Source: Eledone cirrhosa (taxonomy: Eukaryota). From it: DNA of 64,000 nt. Positions 56,735-64,000 of this stretch are shown here, in pieces. Position 1 is the first letter of the stretch, and every line of letters begins with the position of its first letter. The translations under genes and the position numbers were made by a program. The DNA is taken from NCBI GenBank assembly GCA_964016885.1, contig OZ024759.1, positions 30,380,001 through 30,444,000 on the forward strand. Direction: 5' to 3'. The notes beneath the pieces were generated by a model. It was not told where the DNA came from, searched no databases, and saw only the letters and a list, made by a program, of their open reading frames with translations.

Positions 56735-58069
56735 CTTATATCAATATATATCAATATGTGCACGTATGTATATATATATATATACATACAGAGTAAGTGA
56801 GAGAGAGGTGAGAGAGTCAGAGAATCACTGACAGACAGACACCGTTGTGTGTCCATGTCTATGTTTATGCTTACAGCGATTAATGAACCGAAGTTTAGTT
56901 TTTACGTTGTGTAATTTTACGGGGTTTTAACACACACAAAAAAAAAATCGATAAAATCTCTACCAGTCTTAAATAAATGCTGGTCAAATACTATACGGTG
57001 TTAAACCTTTGCACGTGGTGGCCAAACATGTTCTCTTTCTTGTGGCAGAAAGCAGTGAAACAACCCTGTAAATATCTTTTGTTCATACGGTTTATACGCG
57101 GAGTTCCCAAGCTTATTTTGCCACAAACCCGTTTAAGATTTCTTTAGATAATTTCCACCATCATAATTATCGTTCCCTTGGTCGTATTTCTAATGAAATC
57201 ACATTCTATCAATTAACAAAATGAGAGATTTACTAAAATTAGTTATCTCTTTCTAATATACGGTTCTATATAATCTAAACCACCAGTTTTAAAAGTTTAC
57301 TATTTAAATTTGTATCTTATATATATGGAAAGAAGTTCTCAGGAGATCTTATCAACAAATTTCCGTACGGTTTAAATACAAAAATCTCCGATACCAAAAT
57401 GTTAGCAGAAGGGCACCAAGAAGTCATGGCGTAGATGTGGCTGGTACCACTTAGAGTGTAAGAATCTAAGGCTGGAAACACTTGCTTGAGGATAGTGGGG
57501 TTCTTCTGTGAAGGCCTTCTGCTGACCAGTTCTCCTCGAAAGGACGAAAGTCAAAGTTGAACCCAGAGAGCTGATTCGGGAACAAAAGCTAAAAAGCACG
57601 CTCTACGATGTTCTAGCGACTCTACCAATTCACTGGATTGGAATTGAAAGGTCTAATGAAGAATTTTGAGAGATTTACTGAAGCTTATTAAGTATTTCAT
57701 TACTAAGACAGTATGAACATAACATATTAATCTTATATAAAATTATGTTCGACCTATGGTCATGAATCTTAGGTAATGACCGAAAGAATGCAATCGTAAA
57801 TACAAGCGCCCAAAATGGGGTTCCTCCTAAGGGTCTTTGGAGTAACGTTACTCGATAGAGTGCGTAGCTCAGAGATCAGAGAGTCACTCCAGGTAGTGCC
57901 ACTACTTCTCCGAATTGAGAGATCACAGCTCTGATACGATAGGAATGTGGTTAGAATGTCTCAGCAAAGAATTGCTGGAGAGTCACTCCAGATAGAGCCA
58001 CCAAATTGAGAGAACACAGCTCCTATATTGTGGAATGCGGAAAGAATATCTCAGGAAAGAATCGATGGA

Positions 58070-58275
58070 CAGATTTTACGGGCAAAACCAGCCAGCAGAA
58101 CCTTGATCAAGATGATTGGATCACATCGATGAGCTTGCTAGTCTTACTTGGGAATCCAGGGGGCTCGGTTGGAGACAGTTGCTTCTCACAAGATCCGCTG
58201 GAAGGAGTGTTTTGAGGACTCTGTTCCTGCGACCCTCTCAGGAATAGTGGGCGAAGAAGAAGAAGAAGAAGAAGA
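58070..58275 (+). mobile_element. RTE-like LINE 3' end with (GAA)n tail
   Basis: Similar to 40830-41025; ends gggcg(aag)n. Confidence 0.6.
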
Positions 58276-58631
58276 CAAGACAGATGATAGATGACAGAAG
58301 AAGATTTACGTTTACGTAAACAGAAAACGGACGTTAAAACTTTAAATCTCAAGCTAACAGAGAATGGTAATAAGCAGCTACCGGAAAGTCGATATTTGCT
58401 TTCAGAATTGTTAGTTTTCCCTATATCACAGTTACTATAACAGTCAACAACTAACAAATGAAACTGTTAAACAGTCAGCATTTATAGACTAGAGCTATGA
58501 ATGAGGCTAAGTCATTTCAGAGTTGTAATATATAGCGCTAATATCCAATTGACATTATATACATATGACCTATGGAAATGTTAACATATTCAGAACAGTT
58601 TCAACAATTTGAGTTACTTAAGTGTTGTAGC

Positions 58632-58710
<79 letters not shown>

Positions 58711-58834
58711 TAAATATATATATATATATATATATAAATATATATATGTGTGTGCGTGTGTACTAATAAAAGACGCGAATTTCATAAAAGCAATAGAGCC
58801 CCAGAATAACATATTTCGTGGTGGATATATTTAT

Positions 58835-59140
58835 CAGTAAGAGGGTCGGACAAAAGGCTTTGCAGCATTGGTTTCAGCTCATTGGATTCGTTAACTTTGC
58901 CTTTCAACCTTATGGGGGTCGATAAAATAAAGTACCAGTAATACACTGGGATATTTGCTGGCCGTGTGCCAAAAGTAGAAACGATTATATTCTGAGTTCA
59001 AATCACACTGAGGTCAAATTTGACTTTCATCCTTTCGTACCGAGGTCGACAAAATGAGCTACCAGCTATGTACTGGGGTTTGATATAACAGAATTTCCTT
59101 CTGCCCCGCACCCCATATTGCTGGCATTTTACTTAAATAC
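58835..59140 (+). mobile_element. Two diverged SINE family A copies
   Basis: ctttgcctttcaacc...gggtcgataaaataaagtaccag and a second core near 59020-59065. Confidence 0.7.
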
Positions 59141-59254
59141 TAAAGCAATATACGAACATTACATATCAGCTTTGTGGACGTAAGGTGGCTGAATAGTGAA
59201 GTAGGTCGCTTCGCAAACATTAGGTTCCGGGTTCGATTCCGTTCCATCGTAAAT

Positions 59255-59795
59255 AAGGTAAGAAGAAAGTAAAGAAAGAGGAGACTAAGTGAAAGATGAA
59301 GAAGTAGTAAAAGGTGAAGAAGGGGAAGAGGAGAAGCAAAAGACGATGAAGAAGATTATGAAGGAGGTGAATAAGTAAAAGAAAAAGATGAAGATGAAGA
59401 AGGAAAAGAAAGGAAGTCAAAGAAGGGGAACAAGAAGTGGAAGAGAAGGGAAAAAAGAAGAAAAAGATGATTAAAGAGAAGTAAAAGAAGAAGAAGAAGA
59501 GGAAGATGAAGAAGAAGAAGAAGAGGATGAAGAAGAAGAAGAAGAAGAAGAAGAAGAAGAAGAAGAAGAAGAAGAAGAAGGAAAAATAATGAGAAATAAA
59601 AGAAGAAAAAAAGACAAGGAGAAGAACAAGAAAACAAAGAAAGGGTGGTGGACGAGGGAGAGGAAGAAGGGTGGAGGAGGAGGATGAAGATAAGGAGGTG
59701 GTAGAGGAGAAGCAGGAGTAAGAGGAGGAGGTCGTGGTGGCGGAGGAAGAAGGGAGGGAGGAAGAGGACGAGGAGGAGGTGGTGGAGGAGAGTTA
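59255..59795. repeat. Polypurine (GAA/GGA) low-complexity tract
   Basis: Direct reading. Confidence 0.9.
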
Positions 59796-60140
59796 GAGCA
59801 GCAGATAAAATTGTGACAGTGAGGAGCGTTTTAAAAAACTCAGCTAATTGGGTGTTCAAGGAATGGCAGGGAATCAGGAAGAAAACAATTACATGGCAGA
59901 TCGATAGATAGACAGTAATATGATCAGATGCTCTCTACATTGGCCGAGAGATGTCAAACGTAGTCGATATTATGGCATGTCCCTCAAATATGGCTGTACA
60001 TATATACATCTGTATGTATATGTATATATGTACGTGTGTATGTATTAGGTGTGTATGTATGCGTGTATGTGTGTATGTATGTATATATGTATATGTTTGT
60101 ATACATATATATATAAATACATAAATGCATCCACAACACG

Positions 60141-60259
<119 letters not shown>

Positions 60260-60289
60260 GTATACATATATATATATATATATACATAC

Positions 60290-60362
<73 letters not shown>

Positions 60363-60364
60363 TG

Positions 60365-60398
<34 letters not shown>

Positions 60399-60519
60399 TG
60401 TACATATATATATATACATATATATATTTATTAATACATTTTTGCTCTACGGCTCTTATATATTTGATATATATTTATCCTTATCTTTGGATTTTTGTCT
60501 TCAAATTTATTATTATTAC

Positions 60520-60619
<100 letters not shown>

Positions 60620-60647
60620 CACATGTGTATATATCTATATGTATATT

Positions 60648-60706
60648 TAGAAGTAGTAACACAACAGTTAGCTCACCATGAACTAACTGTTGTGTTACTA
60701 CTTCTA
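60648..60706. repeat. Palindrome with 28-bp arms and one mismatch
   Basis: tagaagtagtaacacaacagttagctca / tgaactaactgttgtgttactacttcta. Confidence 0.9.
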
Positions 60707-60724
60707 CCAAACTCGTACCATGGA

Positions 60725-60848
60725 CTGAGTGCTCTGCAACGTGAAATAAAGTGTCTTGCCGAAGGACATAACACATCACCAGGTCCTGGAATCGAACCCA
60801 CAACATCTCGATTGGGAATCCAATTCTCAAACCACTCAGCCACACGTG
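60725..60848 (-). mobile_element. SINE family B, 5' part
   Basis: caacgtgaaataaagtgtcttg...ggaatcgaaccc...accactcagccacacg. Confidence 0.75.
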
Positions 60849-60911
60849 TATACATGTTTGATAAGTTTAGCTAGATTCCCGCCCTTCTAATATTGGTGGC
60901 TTAGTTCGGAT

Positions 60912-61045
60912 CAAGCTGTCGAAACGGCCGGAGCTCTGCCGTCGGGGTCCTGACACTTTTCATATTATCCACTCCACTACCATGCGTACTGAGAACTCTG
61001 GTGCTTTATGGTTCACCTGATTCCTTACCAAACTTTTTTGGTTTT
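60912..61045 (-). mobile_element. Family F repeat, diverged
   Basis: gtcgaaacggccggagctctgccgtcggggtc...ctctggtgctttatggttcacctgattccttacca. Confidence 0.7.
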
Positions 61046-61052
61046 ATATGTT

Positions 61053-61083
<31 letters not shown>

Positions 61084-61174
61084 ATATATATATATATAAT
61101 CACGTGGGTATATATATATATATATATCACATGCACACACATATATATATATATATATACATATATGTATATAC

Positions 61175-61213
<39 letters not shown>

Positions 61214-61248
61214 ATAGGTATACATATATATATATATATAATAACATG

Positions 61249-61291
<43 letters not shown>

Positions 61292-61418
61292 CACATGGGT
61301 ATACATATATATATATATATAATCACATGGATATATATATGTATATATATATACATATCACATGCACACACCAACATATATATATATATATATATATATA
61401 CACGTATATACATATATG

Positions 61419-61466
<48 letters not shown>

Positions 61467-61927
61467 CATATATGTATATACGTGTATATATATATATATA
61501 TCTTCTCAGCCTCTGACGGTCTTCTTTCCTTCCGGTTGTTTAATAGCAAATGAAATAAAAACCTGTTTCCCCCACCACTTTATTGTTTATTGCTCCAATT
61601 ACGGAAATGTTAATCATCCCAACACACCATCCGCCCTCCTCTTCTCTCAACTCTCGGCTCTTATCTCACAATATACTCTCCAAGTGTATCGGTACAATCT
61701 TTATTGCTTTTGGATAAACATTAAAGTCTCCTGCACCTCTTTCTCATTCTCTCTCTCTCTCTCTTTATATATATATATAGGACTATATATATATATATAC
61801 ATACACACACACACACACACGCACACACACAGACACACACACACACACACACATACACACACATATATATATATATATATATAAATTATATATACACACA
61901 CAAACACACACATATATATATATATAT

Positions 61928-62330
61928 ATATTAAAGAGTTAAACAAGATTCAATGAGTACATCAAAGAATGAGTTTTACAGTAGATTGGAAGCACTCTAC
62001 AAAGAAACATATTTTCCAGAGATATAATATTAAAATACAAATATTAATAAAATAAATGTTCTTGTGATCAATTAAATTTTATTATACATATTTCAGAGGT
62101 ACCACAGTACGTCCTCATCAGATAAAATAAAATGATACATGACATACCCTCAGATGTTAAGTTAATCACTACCTTGATTAAATCTTAACCATTTAACATC
62201 TCAGGGTATGTCATGTATCATTTTATTTTATCTGATGAGGACGTACTGTTGTACCTCTGAAATATGTATAATAAAATTTAATTGATCACAAGAACATCTA
62301 TTTTATTAATATTTGTATTTTAATATTATA
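61928..62330. mobile_element. Family H2 element in inverted-duplicated arrangement with two hammerhead-like cores
   Basis: Arms 62023-62160 and 62193-62330 are near-perfect reverse complements; cores at 62091-62121 (-) and 62232-62262 (+); (TA)n on both sides. Confidence 0.8.
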
Positions 62331-62343
62331 TATATATATAATT

Positions 62344-62530
62344 GGCGGTGAATTGGCAGTATCGGTAGAGGGTCGGACGCCATGCTTTCCAGCATAGTTA
62401 CGTCTCTTTACGATCTGAGTTCAAATCCCGCCGAGGTTGACTTTGCCTTTCATCCTTACGGGGTCGATAAAATAAAGTACCAGTAATGCACTGGGTAATT
62501 GCTGGCCTTGTGCCTAAAGTAGAAACAATT
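62344..62530 (+). mobile_element. SINE family A, full-length reference copy
   Basis: ggcggtgaattggcagtatcggtag (box A-like), gagttcaaatcc (box B), ends gtagaaacaat(ta)n. Confidence 0.88.
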
Positions 62531-63189
62531 ATATATATATATATATATATATATGTGAGCTAGAGATGCAGAACGTGTGGTATTTAGAATAATCTAGTAC
62601 TCTAAATTGCACATGGTCTTTTTTTATTTTGGACACTATATATTTATAATATCTATATACATATGTATATACGTATATACATATTTATAATATCTATATA
62701 CTTATTTATATACCTATATACATATATTTATAATATTTATATACATATTTATATATGTATATACATAAATATACCTGTAGCTCTGTAACTCTGTTTAACT
62801 GTCTATGTGTATAAATCCTAGTCACTGTCTCTCCCCCCCTTGCTCTCCTAATCTGTCTCCCCTCTCTTCCTCAATCTCCCACTCCTTCCATCTCTCACTC
62901 TCTCTCTGTCGACTGAGGCTCTAGAGACCCCCTCGATGGTTATCAGACAGACAATACCTCCTCTCCCGTATCTTCTGTCACACTCCAACATGATTGATGA
63001 TGTCGGTAATATAATATCTCACCTGGTTTTATTTACTTTCTTCCCGAACCAAAACATACCAAACCGATATAAATAAATAAATAAATAAATAAATGAAGAA
63101 TTGAATAAATAAAAAAAACGAAAGAAAGAAATCAACACCACCACCGCCCGCCATCGTCGCCACCACCACCACCGGGTACCAGGAACAAT

Positions 63190-64000
63190 TACAACAACAA
63201 CAACAACAACAACAAGAACAAAACCAAGGGCCACAGCAACAATACCATGTACAACACTAACACTATTGCAACCATTATCAACACCAACACAACTACTACT
63301 ACCACCACCACCACCACCACCACCGCCGCCACTAACAACAACAACAACAACAACACCAACACCACCATCACCACCACCAACACCACCACCGCCACTGCCG
63401 CCACTAACAACAACACCAACACCACCACCATCAACACTACCATCACCACCACCACCAACACCACCACTGCCGCCACTAACAACAACAACAACAACAACAA
63501 CACCAACACCACCATCACCACCACCAACACCACCACCGACACTGCCGCCACTAACAACAACACCAACACCACCACCATCAACACTACCATCACCACCACC
63601 ACCAACACCACCACTGCCGCCACTAACAACAACAACAACAACAACACCAACACCACCATCACCACCACCAACACCACCACCGCCACTGCCGCCACTAACA
63701 ACAACACCAACACCACCATCACCACCACCAACACCACCACCGCCACTGCCGCCGCCACTAACAACAACAACAGCAACACCAACACCGCCATCACCACCAC
63801 CAACACCATCACCGCCGCCGCCACTAACAACAACAACACCAACACCACCACCATCAACACTACCATCACCGCCGCCACCAACACCACCACCACTGCCGCC
63901 ACTAACAACAACGACAACAAGAAAAACATTCACCACAACAACAACACCAACAACAACAACTTCAATCATAAAAAGAACCACCACAACATCAACATCAGCA
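63190..64000. repeat. (CAC/CAA) compound minisatellite
   Basis: Recurrent ccactgccgccactaacaacaac units. Confidence 0.9.

Noticed and set aside
59180-59250. tRNA gene candidate (also 41625-41695 on the minus strand)
   Set aside because: Box-like motifs are present but I could not fold a cloverleaf; more likely isolated SINE heads.
63019-63984. Gly-rich 321-aa ORF
   Set aside because: Trinucleotide compound repeat with two overlapping open frames.

Overview
Eukaryotic, AT-rich, microsatellite-saturated window. The repeat style and SINE families suggest an octopus or other coleoid cephalopod (inference). There is one convincing protein-coding gene: an intact, intronless ORF for a type II cAMP-dependent protein kinase regulatory subunit (15790-16908, minus strand). 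The rest is two tRNA-derived SINE families, truncated LINE fragments (RTE, CR1-like, Dong/R4-like), small DNA-transposon MITEs, several minisatellites and long di- and trinucleotide tracts. Almost all other ORFs in the track are low-complexity artefacts. The most interesting non-obvious signal is a set of short elements embedded in (TA)n tracts. They carry nine hammerhead-ribozyme-like cores (CUGANGA-stem II-GAAA) from at least three sequence families, and several have long fold-back ends abutting (TA)n. This fits non-autonomous Penelope-like or retrozyme-type retroelements. Coordinates were read by eye and element boundaries are approximate. No searches or folding programs were run.
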